A DNA stretch of 55,196 bases, counting the filler, from Blastocystis sp. subtype 4 (lineage: Eukaryota), in NCBI RefSeq assembly GCF_000743755.1. It is 2 parts of 2 records of this genome, joined end to end, with 100 filler letters (N's around TTAATTAATTAA, not from the genome) between each part and the next. Parts side by side here need not be neighbours in the genome. Positions count along the whole stretch, not along the records: positions 1 to 27,223 come from NW_014569403.1; 1 more part is not named here. One strand, given 5' to 3'. Of the stretch, positions 1 through 12,408 are shown piece by piece. Both the position numbers and the translations under genes were made by a program. Under the pieces are notes generated by a model that did not search any database, was not told the origin of the DNA, and saw only the letters and a list, made by a program, of their open reading frames with translations. Within the stretch, counting starts at the first letter, position 1. Every line of letters begins with the position of its first letter.

Positions 1-570
1 AATCTCACAGTCTTCGACAGAGGTCTACATGTCACTCTTCTCACATTCTCTCACCTGCACTGACCAATCGTCACGATATCTCCCTCCTTCACATCGAAAC
101 AAGGAGAGCAGTGAGCAGGGATGTTGCGATGTCTCTTTTCATAACTAAACATCACTTGAACACCTCAATCTTACCGTCTGTACTTCTTGACATAACGGAG
201 ATAGTCACGACGGACAATGATGGTGCGCTCCATCTTAGTGGAAATCACCAGACCCTTCAGAATAGCTCCACGAATGGTAACAGAAGAGGTGAAAGGGCAC
301 TTCTTATCAATGTACTTTCCGTGAATAGCAGCCTCAGGGGTCTTGATGCCCAGACCCATATCAGCGTACCAACGCTGGTTGGCCTTCTTACCAAGGAGAT
401 GGACCTTGCGGTAAGAGAACATTTCCTGCTTCTGGAAGGCAGCTTGGTTCTATAAAAATGCATTAGTATGGAAACAATAACTCATCAGCAGGACAATAAC
501 GATAAACAAGGAAATATCATTAAACCAGGAATCAAACTGAATTACTTACTTGTTCCTGAATATCAGCCAT
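1..570 (-). CDS. RPS11: 40S ribosomal protein S11 (uS17); 3' end beyond window start
   Basis: Spliced [15 protein letters not shown]...[16 protein letters not shown]...[58 protein letters not shown]; introns 450-549 (100 nt), 145-174 and 25-54 (30 nt each). Confidence 0.97.
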
Positions 571-1181
571 CGTAATACTATTAGAAAAGGTGATTACTGG
601 GCATTCGGAGAGTTGAAATTGAATCTAGGGGGTAGTTCTTTTACTATGACCTATTGCAATGGAAATAGCAAAATCTACCCCTTATCCTATTGATTCTATC
701 ACAATGGTTTGAGTAAAGGCGTTATAATCGTAATAATGAGACGGAAATCGTTATATAACACACATGAAAGACAATGAAGAGATGAAAAAAGACAAATACT
801 CTAGTACTTGCTTCTAGTTCAAATTACTACTCTATTCTTCTTAGTGCATTTTTGCGATGAATAGAAGGCATTACTTGCAATTATATTAGAATTCTATTCC
901 ATGGTTAGAATAACTGCTTTGAAACTACAAAGTGTATCAGCTTCCAAAACCGTCATGATTCCCAATTCTATTCATTTTCGTTCCATCTTTTCATGCCTTT
1001 TATCATTGCTTTAGGATTCAATTATTCTCCGAAATCATAGTTGGAACGAATCTCAGTTATATATATCAAAGATCACTGTACATACAAGATTATCTGTTCA
1101 CTTTCCATCATTCGAATTGTGGATCTAATTTTTCTAAAGGAAGAGTAATCATGTGCAGCGACTTATAAGTAGATCACTGTT

Positions 1182-1846
1182 ATGAATAGCGAAGTAACGG
1201 TAGTGGCACCAGATTACCCTTCTCCCACCTTTAGCTCAGCAGCATCAGTTGCTTTTTTCTATCCTATATTCATTTCATAGGATGAGGCTCTTGATGCGAT
1301 AGCTACTAATTCTAGGAATATCTTCAGTCTCTACGGTCGTCCACCATCGTCCCAAGATCGCATCCCGTTATCATCGAGCCAAATGTCGCAACAGTCGTCT
1401 AGTATGTCATGTGTGGATTCCATCGCTCCTCCATTTCTCTCACTACAGTGGAAGTTGTTTTGGTAGTTTCATATTATCTGTAGAAACATGACAGCTCTTT
1501 GTCCCACCTGTCAGAGAGTGGTTCCTATTAAGGGTGTGAAATGTTGTAATTGTCACATGTAATAGTAGCTAGGAAATCTGACTCTAGAGAGGTGCTTGGG
1601 ATTATCTTGGCAGTCCTGTTATTGTTCCTATCTATCACACTAGATGTTATCTATGTCATCTTATTAGTCTTTCTAATTCTTTCATGGTGGCTAAGGATGT
1701 ATAAAGTACCATTAGCTGTGAGGCGTGCTGCCGTCGACGTAGATAATCACTATGTGTGTAAGGAATGCAAAACCACCATTGGGGAGATGAAGACCATTAT
1801 TTTGAACGATGGTCAGTACACTCCTTTTTTGAAAAAGTCAGAATAG
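1182..1846 (+). CDS. LITAF-like zinc-ribbon membrane-associated protein
   Basis: Ser/Pro-rich N-terminus, CPTC knuckle (~1499), hydrophobic stretch, then DVDNHYVCKECKTTIG; short introns; start approximate. Confidence 0.7.
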
Positions 1847-1884
1847 TTTACTGTAAATATATTTGTTTTCTTGCATGAAACAAG

Positions 1885-2723
1885 TCAAACAGCGTCAGTT
1901 GAGCGAATAAGTGCTCCTTCGAGTCTCTTGCGTTGTATATTTCGATGCTTCTGTGTGAAGAATATGAGAACAATGAAGAGAATGAGGACAACAACAACAA
2001 TTATACTGATAATTACAACAGTAACTAGACATGATACCAACATAAATCAATTACACAAAGACCATAATCCAAGAATATCCCATTCCCAAGTACATTTGGT
2101 GGTAACGGAAAATAATCCCGGTGCAACCGGCTTCTTTCCATCTACATATCATTACAGAAGATCAAGTAAACCCATCGCAATTGTGTCAGTAGCTACTTTT
2201 CCAATTTCCTCCTTTACAATATAGAAAGGATCAGGAGTATCATTACAGTGATATTTCCTAAGATTAATCAACAAGAAAAGATTTTACGTTACATCTGCGT
2301 ATTTAGACAGGAAGATCTTATCACAGATCTTTGCATAGTATGCTGCATCTGTTGCATTCACAATTTTGAACCAAACAGAGTCACAGGTCCTGTCACACGT
2401 ATACCCATCGTTAGTCTTGGTACAGTTCGAGAGAACATAACTATACAATTATGAACTACTGTGAATACAACTGATAATAGTAGGAAAACGAAATAATCTT
2501 GTTATAGTGTATACTCTGGTCAACAATGAAATCGCTGCTTAAGGGAACCCCCTGTCGGTTAATGTAGAACTGATACGAAAGTCTGACTAGACATTAAATT
2601 GGAACCTCTTAACATACAACCATTCTCTAGTGGTTTTTCATATCTGTAGCACTTGTCAGTGTAACTGTATGTAGAAACAGCCAGACAGAAACAAGAAAGA
2701 ATGACTATGAGATAGGAATTCAT
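1885..2723 (-). CDS. Hypothetical type I membrane protein
   Basis: Signal-peptide-like MNSYLIVILSCFCLAVS; several short introns; C-terminal TM LVTVVIISIIVVVLILFIVLIFF and basic tail ending RSTDAV-TGA. Confidence 0.6.
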
Positions 2724-2785
2724 CTTAAATTATTCAAAAATCATTGTTCCCAGAATACTGTTCTATTAGGATTCCTTCCTTGTGT

Positions 2786-2793
2786 AACAAACA
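2786..2793 (-). terminator. TGTTTGTT polyadenylation signal
   Basis: Exact motif 5 nt downstream of an in-frame T (2798) of the hydrolase. Confidence 0.75.
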
Positions 2794-2797
2794 TATA

Positions 2798-3659
2798 ACA
2801 AATTGAATTCCTTACCAGGAACCAATTCATGAATCTGACAATCCTCACGAGTTACCAAACTCTTCAATTCCGCAGGAGTACCTGTCAAGATACCAAATGT
2901 CTTGAAGTGCATAGGAATTGCAATCTTACAGTTCGTCAACAACTATCCATTAACTTTCTATCCCACTCCTACATGATTCAAAGCATATGCTGCTTCCTTA
3001 GGACCCATCGTGTAGAAATCACCAATGCAAAGCAGACAGACATCCGGAGTATAGACATCATTGATAATCTTCATGTCTCCAAAGACACCTGTATCGCCAC
3101 AGTGATAAATGTGATGATCTAAGAATTAACAGTTTCATCCATTGTAACCATCAGGAGTGTGAATCACAAAACCAGCTGCTTCACCTCCATAAATCGTCCC
3201 TGATGGTGTTGAAATACCGGTAGTATGCAGCTATGATTAACAAATGACAATAACCGAACAGCATGAACCATCGTAACAGAAACACCGCTTCCAAGATCAA
3301 TTGTTCCACCAATATTCATTGCTATCATTCTACTTCCAGAGATACCTTCGGTTTCCAAATAAGAACATAATTCGACAATTCCCTAAGACTGACTTCCTTT
3401 CAGGATCCATACGACAATCCGTGCTTTCTTGTGCTTTTTCATTAGTTCTACAGCACTTCCAAGGTGATCTCCGTGTCCATGAGTGACAAGAATGAAATCA
3501 ACAGCTAACTCCTCTTCTGGGAATCCTTCTGGAGCCTATACATGATATTCAAGCGAACAGATGAACGAGGGGATTTGTTATGAACGGATCGATAAGAATG
3601 GAAATAGAACCGGTCTTAAGAAGGAAACAGGCATGACCAAGCCAAATCAGCTGACTCAT
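2798..3659 (-). CDS. MBL-fold metal-dependent hydrolase (UPF0173-like, bacterial type)
   Basis: [14 protein letters not shown]...[60 protein letters not shown]; several short introns; end placed at predicted poly(A)-made stop. Confidence 0.9.
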
Positions 3660-3732
3660 CAAAAAAGAATACAAGTGAAATACAAATCTGTCAATACAAG
3701 TTTATATCTTTGTGTTTTCTCTATATATCCGA

Positions 3733-4083
3733 ATGAGCAACGTGAACGAAAATGAATTATCCACTCCGTTAACAACTAATGAGAGTCGGACCGGTGATTG
3801 CAGTCCTATCCATTCTCGCATGATGCGTCGACAAAACACAAGTCGTCCCAAGCCAACGATCATAGATTCAGAGCCGCTTCAGGTATCTGTTACCGAAGCT
3901 GAGTTTAAAACAGGATCCTCTGGAAAACAAGAAAAGGATTCTTCTACAACTCTTTTAAATAGTCAAATAGGATTATTGAGTTCATTTGTAGAATCGAAGA
4001 CGAAGTATGTTTGGGCATCTGTTGGAGGAGGTTTGCTTATTGGTATTGGTGTATTCTGCATGGTATATGCAATCTTCATTTAG
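3733..4083 (+). CDS. Small hypothetical tail-anchored membrane protein
   Basis: MSNVNENE... hydrophilic body, C-terminal TM (VWASVGGGLLIGIGVFCMVYAIFI); TAG followed 4 nt later by TGTTTGTT (4088-4095). Confidence 0.65.
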   Translation: MSNVNENELSTPLTTNESRTGDCSPIHSRMMRRQNTSRPKPTIIDSEPLQVSVTEAEFKTGSSGKQEKDSSTTLLNSQIGLLSSFVESKTKYVWASVGGGLLIGIGVFCMVYAIFI

Positions 4084-4106
4084 TAAGTGTTTGTTTAGGA
4101 AACAGA

Positions 4107-7100
4107 TTATAGAGTTGATTTCGCCAATAGAATAATACCCACAACGATAGCAACAATTATTATAAGAACCGAATTGTCATGCCACCAAACTTTGATCCAA
4201 CTCCGTTGTCGTTTCTTCTCTAACATTGCATCCACCCTCTCATTCGACATATCGCCAAACTGCTTCTTCCCCGAATAGGGATCTCTCGCTTTCTTCACTT
4301 TGGTCTAGAATTAAAGTATTCTACAGCTTATACTATTTCTTTAACAGGAGTAGGAGGTGGAATATACACTATCTGACTAGAAGAGAGGGAGGAAGCTCCT
4401 ATTCGATTGACAGCTCTAACTTGAAATTCATATTTCATTCCAATTTCTGCGACAAAGGGATAAACACAATCCGTTCCTTCATACACAAGACTATTCCCTT
4501 CAAACAGTTGATATCTAATCTTATTACTCTCTTGTTCAGCTTACTTCATTATGGGACTCTCCAAATCTGCATCTGCTGACCAGGTCAAATGCACACTTCG
4601 GTCGTGGATCTGAGGCTGCTCAAACCTAGGAATCGATGGAACACCTGCCATCCTCCGATCTGTCGAAAATAACAATGGATCGGAGAAAGGACCTTCTCCA
4701 ACAGCATTACGTGCAGCAATCACAACAGTGTATTCTGTCTCCGAATTCAACTTACTTAGCGTCAATGAACGCACATCCGACAGCATATAATCACGGTCTC
4801 CAGGAGAGAGAATGACATGATATCCGATGATTGCTGATCCATTCGAAGTAGGTTCAGACCAAGAGATTATGGCCTGCTTATCGGTTGGATGGCGTGAAAG
4901 GACAGGAGGAAGCATCACATCCGGTGTACTGGATCCTGCAGAAAACTGGAGTATTTCTGACATATTACTGACGCCTAAAGCATTGCTTGCTTGGACACGG
5001 ACAATGTAGGTAGCTCCAGGAAGCAGATCATGAAGAATGCAGGTACAATGTGGAGTACGTTCTACCAAGGTGAACTGAGGTCGTTTCGCCTTCAGAGCCA
5101 GTTCCACGGTATATTCCATCACTGGACTTCCATTATCACACACAGGAGGATTCCAATCAACACGAGCAAAGGTGAGAAGACTGTGATCTGACTCCAGTTT
5201 GCCCATACGAAGCGAGGTAGGAACCGAGGGAGGAGCTGGCTTCGTAACAACAACCAGCGGAGCCGAAAGAGGACTATTCCCATGGGAACCACAGAGAGCT
5301 ACACGAATATGATAAGGACATGCTGGACGTAGATTCCGTAGTGTGATCTCAGGCTGAAAACAGATATCCTCTGGCTCATAATGACCTAGTTCCTTGGTAT
5401 CACTCTCAACATAGTAGTGAAGTGACTCTAACGTATTCCCACGTAGGAGTGTATCATTCACACTAATACCAAGATGAAGAGTGGAAGAGGTGACTTCAAT
5501 TACATGAGGTGGGTTGGGTCTAGCTAAAGGACCCGGAGGTGTGGTAACAGTCAGTTCACATACCTGCTTTGCAGCTCCCACTCCGTTTACTGGGACTACA
5601 CGGAAGATGTAAGATGTATGAGGAAAGAGTCCAGTGATCTATATTCATCAAGAAGTAAATCATTATACAGTTGTCTCCAGTTGATCTGTAGTCTGAATGG
5701 TTGACCAGATCTCTTTACTAGGATGATGAATAGCTGGATTGTACGAATAGTGATCAAGATAATCCTTGATAGGAATACCATACGATAACTTTGGAGTTTG
5801 TTTTGGTACAGACAGAGGAGTAAGAGATGATGATTCAACCCAGTGAAAGCCTTGCTCTCCATCACTAAGAATGCGAACACGTTCTTCACATATCTCACAG
5901 ACCCAACCCAGTTCAGAGTGATCGCGAAGCTGACACCGAACTCCAGGTTTGATGGAAAGGACTTCAGTGGATTCGTGAGAGGTAATCCAAGTGAGTTGTT
6001 GGGTATAATCTGGAGTGTGCTTCACTTGAACGAGGTACTGAGTGATAGAACTACCATTTGACTGAGCTGGTGACCAAGTCAAGTGGCATGAAACAGAGAA
6101 TGAAGAGATGTTCTTCCCATTAGGAAGAATACAATCAATTGTAGCAATTGGTACCTCCTTCATACTTGGTAAGGCAGGAAGAGTGGTCAAGGATAGAGAT
6201 GATGAATACTCAGACCATCCATAAGTAGTATGAGCTCGTATCCTCACTCTAGTAATCAATATGAACCAGAATTCTCACTGATAACACGTACCAGGTAACA
6301 GATTCTCAATCCGATAGCAAGTTTCATGTGTAAACTCTTCTCGTACATATGATTCATGACAGTATTGAATCCCATAATTATCAATACTATCTGTATAGTG
6401 ATCATCACTAATCCATCGAACCCATAAACTATCACTGGCTGGTTTACATTGATCTGCAAGGAGAATAGGTGGAACTGAAACGCCCAGAATTGTAGAAAAA
6501 GTCACTGTTTTTGTGAATGGACTATTTCCTTCGTTATTATGCGCACATAAGCGGAAAGAATATGAAGAATGAGGAGCAAGACCATCTACGATGGCGCTAC
6601 TGATGATCACTTCTATGATGAATATACGATGTTTTTAGATCACTATACACACACTGCCATCCTTGTCCATCATTCTTGTCAATCTACTTTGAATCAATTT
6701 ATTGATTCTACTTGAAGAATATACTCCGTTATGGGGCTTCCATTCCAATCAGACTCAGAGAGCGATTGCCACTGAAGTTCAATGGAATTGTTGGTAATCT
6801 CACCACATGTTGGAATGGATGGTAGATTTGGAACACTCGGTTGGGTCATAAACCATTGAATAGGATATACAGAGTCACCACATGCATTATGGGAAGTGAG
6901 TTGGAAGGCATAGTACATTCCTGGTTGAAGTTTGGAGCACTAAATCATAGTTGATATGGAGGATTACCTTGAGAGAATGGGTATTTTCCTTGGAGAGAAG
7001 AGTGGTTGATAAGGAAATCTCTTCCTCCATGACATGGAGATAACCTTCACTTCGAAGTATCGTGTATCCATCGATTGGTTTCCCATTGGTTCTCGGTTCT

Positions 7101-7596
7101 TCCCATTTTAGCTAGGTATGAAATCAACAAGCGACAATGACTTTGATCTCCTTTCGTGTGCGACTTTGGAGGATCAATTTTGTTTCTCCGGGACGTGTAC
7201 ATGGCGTTACAAATTGAAAGGAACGGCAAAGAGGCTTCATTGTACCATCAGGAGCTTTACAAATGCAGTTGACAAAGTAATTGTATCCTGGAGTGATATT
7301 ACTCAGTTCCCACTACATGTGATTCGTTTTACAAGCGATTACTGTGATGGCTGCATTTTCTTCTGTACATTCATAGTCTTCAATGATTCGAGACCGAATA
7401 GCCTTTGCTTTATCTAGAATCATATTCAGCATCCAAACATACCATCTCTCAAGAAAACTTCATAGAAAAATCCAGGTTGATGATGAATATGGATAACAAC
7501 AAACGATGAACACTCTGTGAGAGTAATGGTTGTATGATCAAGAGTAATTGATCCATCTGGAAATACAATTGGTTTTTCCTCTTGATTTTGTTCCAT
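4107..7596 (-). CDS. Multi-fibronectin type III repeat protein with C-terminal TM anchor
   Basis: Repeated FN3 motifs (W..P..NGS.I..Y; L.P...Y..RV.A.N..G.S..S) across several exons; terminal TM SVLIIIVAIVVGIILLA. Confidence 0.85.
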
Positions 7597-7682
7597 AGAG
7601 ATGATTATTCCTCCGATAATAAAGAAATAGTTTCTAAAGGGATCCCAAATCCTTCAAATCCATAATATACACTCCTTCAATC

Positions 7683-8518
7683 ATGGGATCCCACTACCTC
7701 GTCATTTTCACTTTCCAGAGTATGCATCCGCTCATTGAAACGGGAATACTCTCTCTATGTGTTTGTATACCGATTTTTGTTTTGAGAAAGACTGAATGTG
7801 TTTCCTCAACAACATCAAGGAAACTACTTCATATATGTTCATTTCTCCCATCAGTTGTAATCTATAGGTATGGGTCCTATCTATATGTTATGTTGGCATT
7901 TCTTTGATTCTGACTACTCGGGTAAATACACAGCTGTAGTGAGTAAAACCTTTATTTCATACTTATTTGCAGTTCCTATGACATTTTCAATTGTGTTCTG
8001 GTTGATTGGTGTTGGATTTCTTCGTATCCCTCTGATTGCAGATGCCATGAGTCGGTCTGGGAAAGCAGAAGAATTAGCTGCTGGACCTGTTCATTATGGT
8101 CTGTGTATCTCTTTAGCTACAGTATTCTTCTGGAAGCGGATTGAAGCACTATATTGTATCTTGCCAATCTCTTTCGGCGACGGGTTTGCAGCATTTTTTG
8201 GACCTCGAATTCGAGGGAATCATTTCTTGAGTTGGAATCCATCAAAGACTTGGTTTGGTCTAATTGCATTTATTGTGACGAGTTGTACTGGACTAGTCTG
8301 TTATGTTTATCTATTCACCCGGTACAAATGAAGTTGAAATGATGAGATATAGGAATGGCTGGCTATTGAATGGTGATACTCACTATATTAGGAATGCTGT
8401 TTTTGTGTCCTGTATGTGTGGATTGACAGAATCGGTAACTGTTGCAAATTACGATAATTATACAATCTTTGTTATGGGGATCTTGTCTTATTATTATGTA
8501 CATTCGCTTGTTTATTAA
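7683..8518 (+). CDS. Phytol/farnesol kinase family (CTP-dependent polyprenol kinase)
   Basis: SRKLLHI|MGPIYMLCW, AMSRSGKAEELAAGPVHYG, FGDGFAAFFG, WNPSKTWFG, ES...YDNYTI; start uncertain (7683 or 7721). Confidence 0.85.
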
Positions 8519-8527
8519 CGCAATAAT

Positions 8528-9418
8528 TCATTTACGTCTTTTTTCAACAGCTTCAAGGAATCGAGAATAGCCAACACAGAATAACGGGAAGAAGCGGGAA
8601 GTACCCTTTTGATACAGCTCATACAACGGATACTTGGATTTAGATTCCGATTCCACAATGAAGGTAGAAGAGAACACAAGAATGAACAGCACAGAAACGA
8701 ACACCAGTCCTAAATTCTTCCATGTTCCAATGTGATACGATCCCCACAAATAGATTACCACCCATTGCATGACTTCAGCAAAGTAATTGGGATGACGAGA
8801 GTATTTGTACAAACCAGTGAAGTTGAATCCTGCAACAATGCGAGGATCATCACTCTTAAGACGGTCTTCGGGAGATAATGCGTACTTTGCGGCTTGGAAA
8901 GTGAACATATCAGCATCAGCCAGAGTCTCTAGTATTAAGAAGAAGAGGAAGACTGAAATAAAGATACAATCAGTAGGAGTAAGAGCTGAATTCTCCATAG
9001 CAACAACAAGAACAGGATAAGTAATTCCCGTGAGGAGCGTAATCTGAAAGATACAGATAAAGAAGATGTGGAATAGGTTCCACAAAAGTGGATTTGTTAT
9101 GTTTCTGCGTAGAATCCCCCAGCGATAATCCTCATCTGTAAACACACCATTCTTGAATGAGAAACCTCCTTTGATGTAGAAGTTGTACGTGAGACGACAG
9201 CCCCAGATGGTAATACAGATTGTCATCATTAGAGCAACAGGAGAAAATGAAGACGCATATGTATAAATCCAGCAAAGGACAAATGGATATATAGACCATA
9301 ATCGATCCACCTGGCTCACATTGTTTGTAGCAGTTCCATAGATGTAGCAAAAGAGTGAAAGACTGATTACAACATATACCAAGAATTGTAAAGGTTCAAA
9401 TCCAAAAAGAGTTAGCAT
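8528..9418 (-). CDS. DUF1295 family membrane protein (steroid 5-alpha-reductase-like)
   Basis: Intronless 296 aa; N.SQVDRLWSI, WGCRLTYNF, EDYRW, ETLAD, GLYKYSRHPNYFAE, YELYQKGTSRFFP. Confidence 0.9.
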   Translation of the reverse strand: MLTLFGFEPLQFLVYVVISLSLFCYIYGTATNNVSQVDRLWSIYPFVLCWIYTYASSFSPVALMMTICITIWGCRLTYNFYIKGGFSFKNGVFTDEDYRWGILRRNITNPLLWNLFHIFFICIFQITLLTGITYPVLVVAMENSALTPTDCIFISVFLFFLILETLADADMFTFQAAKYALSPEDRLKSDDPRIVAGFNFTGLYKYSRHPNYFAEVMQWVVIYLWGSYHIGTWKNLGLVFVSVLFILVFSSTFIVESESKSKYPLYELYQKGTSRFFPLFCVGYSRFLEAVEKRRK

Positions 9419-9483
9419 TGAAATAATGAATGAGTGACGTACAGAGCGTACGGATATAGGAAAATGGAATCAGATTGCACATC

Positions 9484-9491
9484 AACAAACA
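9484..9491 (-). terminator. TGTTTGTT polyadenylation signal
   Basis: Exact motif 5 nt downstream of an in-frame T (9496) of the OGT-like gene. Confidence 0.7.
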
Positions 9492-9495
9492 TTCC

Positions 9496-12316
9496 AACGC
9501 AAATCAACCGAAACCGAGTAGATGATCCACGGTTTACCCACGACATACATTACATCATACATAGCATAGAAGGACATCACCCACTGGTCCATCCAATACT
9601 GAATATCAAATTGACCACCTTCATGTGGAAAGCGAACCACTGGGATCTTCTCCAATTTGAACTGTTTTCCTGCTACTTTCTATTCTGTTACTTCTATCAC
9701 GAAATTCATACCTCTACAAGCTCCATCCGAATTCCCGTCTGAAGGACTTTATTCGTCTGTGTATTGACAGTAACATCTTCATAATCCTTCATACTCACTA
9801 CAATCAGCGGGGGATCCGACGAGACACCGCGATCATGCATATCAGCCAGCTCTGTCTGATTGAAGTATGTGGCCCTCTATTTCTCACAATCCTATCTCAC
9901 CCTTACCATTATACTGATTCCCAGTCGTTCCACAGTCCGATCGCCAGGAAGATCAATAATAGGAACTCCTGCCCAATAAGCGTCCAGTCCCGTGGCTCCC
10001 GCTGACCACAGTGGACTATCAAGAATCACATCACAAACACTTGTTCGGACCATATACAGTGCCTTATCATCCTCAAAGTCACTGAAGAGAATACGATCTA
10101 CGTATACGCCTCGTGCCATGAATTCCTCTTTGATATGAACTTCTCCTTCTGTAGGATGACGAAGAAGCCAGAGATAAGACTCAGGGAAACGATGGAGAAT
10201 ATTCGACCAGGTATCGAGAAGGTCTTCGGTAAGCTTGTATAATTGATTAGGGAAGCAAAGAAGAGTCCCATCTAAAGGAACATGAAAGACATTGCGAAGA
10301 TACTGCGTAGCTGCAGGACGCTGATAAGGATGCAGATCTGGTACACGATTGTGATGATTGCATGCATAGAAATAAGGAAGATAAACAAGTTTCTCTTGAT
10401 AATAATGACTTAAATGAGGTGGGGTAACAATACTATCTTGCTCATTGTAATCATACCATTCAACACCCAACTGAGCTGGAAACCCAAGATAATTCACTTG
10501 AATCACAGCTGGACGACGAGCCATCACGATGTGTTCACCATTGTGAGTATATCCACTCAAGTCAACCAACACATCCAAATCCAGTCCATTAACCACATTC
10601 GCCTTCTCTTCTTCAGAGAGGTCTTGAATTGACAATAATCGTATGGGTTGATTCTTATTCTGATAGGATGCTCGAAGATTGAATACACCTTGACCTCGTC
10701 TCCAACGGGTATGGTCAATGATATTCTCATTCTTCACACTCAATTCCTCATTCACTCCTGTCACATTTGCAGTATTGGTACTGGCTGTATTTATTAGAAT
10801 CACTTCACATCCCTAATTCCTTAAATGAATCGTTTATTCTCACCCTCATGAATCGAAAACCACGACGCATCAAATGCATCATAGGATGACTGAAATACAT
10901 GTCACCAGATACAATTCCAACACGAAGTTCAGCTCGTGATATTCGGTTTTTAACAGGTTTGTGTTTGAATTGTTTTGATTTGGTCTGCGATAGAATGTAT
11001 TCACGATACAAAGAGTTCACTTCATTCTGCTCCTCCATACTCACCATCACACTAGCTCGTATGGGAGTCAATGGAGGTATCATTCCATTCTTAGCAGCTT
11101 GTTCATATTCATTATGCTGTGTGGAAAGGGCTCGTATTGACCGACGTTTTAATGGAACCAAACCATTCAGTGATGAGACATATTGTTTAATATGATAGTA
11201 GTTAAACAGTTGACGCAAATCAGAAGGATACAAAGATAACATCTGTTCTTCCATTCGAATTCCAGAATTGTGATCAGGAGGAATCAATCCTACATATGCA
11301 TCATAAAGAGAAGTGAAAAGATCTATTATATCTACTTCTAGTCGATGACCTCGCTTTACCAAACTTGCTGCCTTCTCCAGAGCAATGATGGCTTTGGCAT
11401 AATCATTCATCTTGATGTAGGCTTTACCCATAATGAAATAGCATTCACTCATCGATGGATAATCCATTAGAACTGCTTGCAAGTGACGTAGACAGGCATC
11501 TAATTGTCCACTGTTCAACTCTGCTACAGCTGTGTTGAATCTAATTGTCATCAAAAGAAAGTACGAATAACAATTTCCCAGGACCAGGACTAATGGTACG
11601 GTCACGATGAGAATCCATTTGTTTGGCTTTCTTGGAATCGCCTGAGGCCTCATAGCAAGTATCTGTAAATTCAAATTAAAGCTATATAAGTACATAACAC
11701 TGTGTAGTAGTGATTCTTCTCAATCTGACTTGAAATCACTTGTTTTAATAGGTCTTCCGCCTTTTCACACTGTCTTTTCTACAAATAACCGTATTCATCA
11801 TCTGGAACCCAAGCCAACACCAAACCATAATAATAAATGGCCTTTTCATTAGTGTTATCAGTATTGTAAGCTCGTTCCAAAACGTTCAAAGCTGTATCGA
11901 TGTTCCCATAGTCAAAAAGAACTGTTCCGTAGGAAACCAAGTTTTCCACTTTTGGATCAAGTAAACTACATTGCTTGAGTGGATACAAAGCCTTTTCAAA
12001 GAGTCGTTGACCTTGATAGTATTTGCCAAGAACACACCATGCCTGAGGAATATCTGGTTTTAAGCTAAGCAGTTCAGTCAAATCATTTCACCTACTTGGA
12101 TGCTGCTTCCAGCAATTTGATCGCCTCCTCTTTGGACTTTTTCTCCTTGTTCTTCAGAATCCCAACAGCTTTTTTCAATGCAATGCGATATCGTTTGTCG
12201 TTTTCTACACAAATCACATATGTTTTCAGCTACCAACTGTCTTGAGATGTGTCTGCAGTAGATGTAAACTGGAAAAGAATGAAGACAAAAAGAACAAGAA
12301 GCCGAAGCGTCCTCAT
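9496..12316 (-). CDS. TPR + GT41 O-GlcNAc transferase (OGT/SEC-type) with predicted signal peptide
   Basis: TPR exons; RVGIVSGD..SHPMMHLM; DVLVDLSGYT...RRPAVIQVNYLGFP; NQLYK; DVILDSP...TGLDAYWAGVP. Confidence 0.9.
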
Positions 12317-12408
12317 GAACAAAAAGTGACAATTATATTTCCTGCTTTTGATTCTTATTCATTGGTAAGGATGCGAATAATCTTCTGTGATCCTTAGAAA
12401 GAGGAATT

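Noticed and set aside
111..455. Plus-strand ORF over RPS11 and similar antisense ORFs over HSP90, RPL23 and LeuRS
   Set aside because: Shadows of conserved genes on the opposite strand
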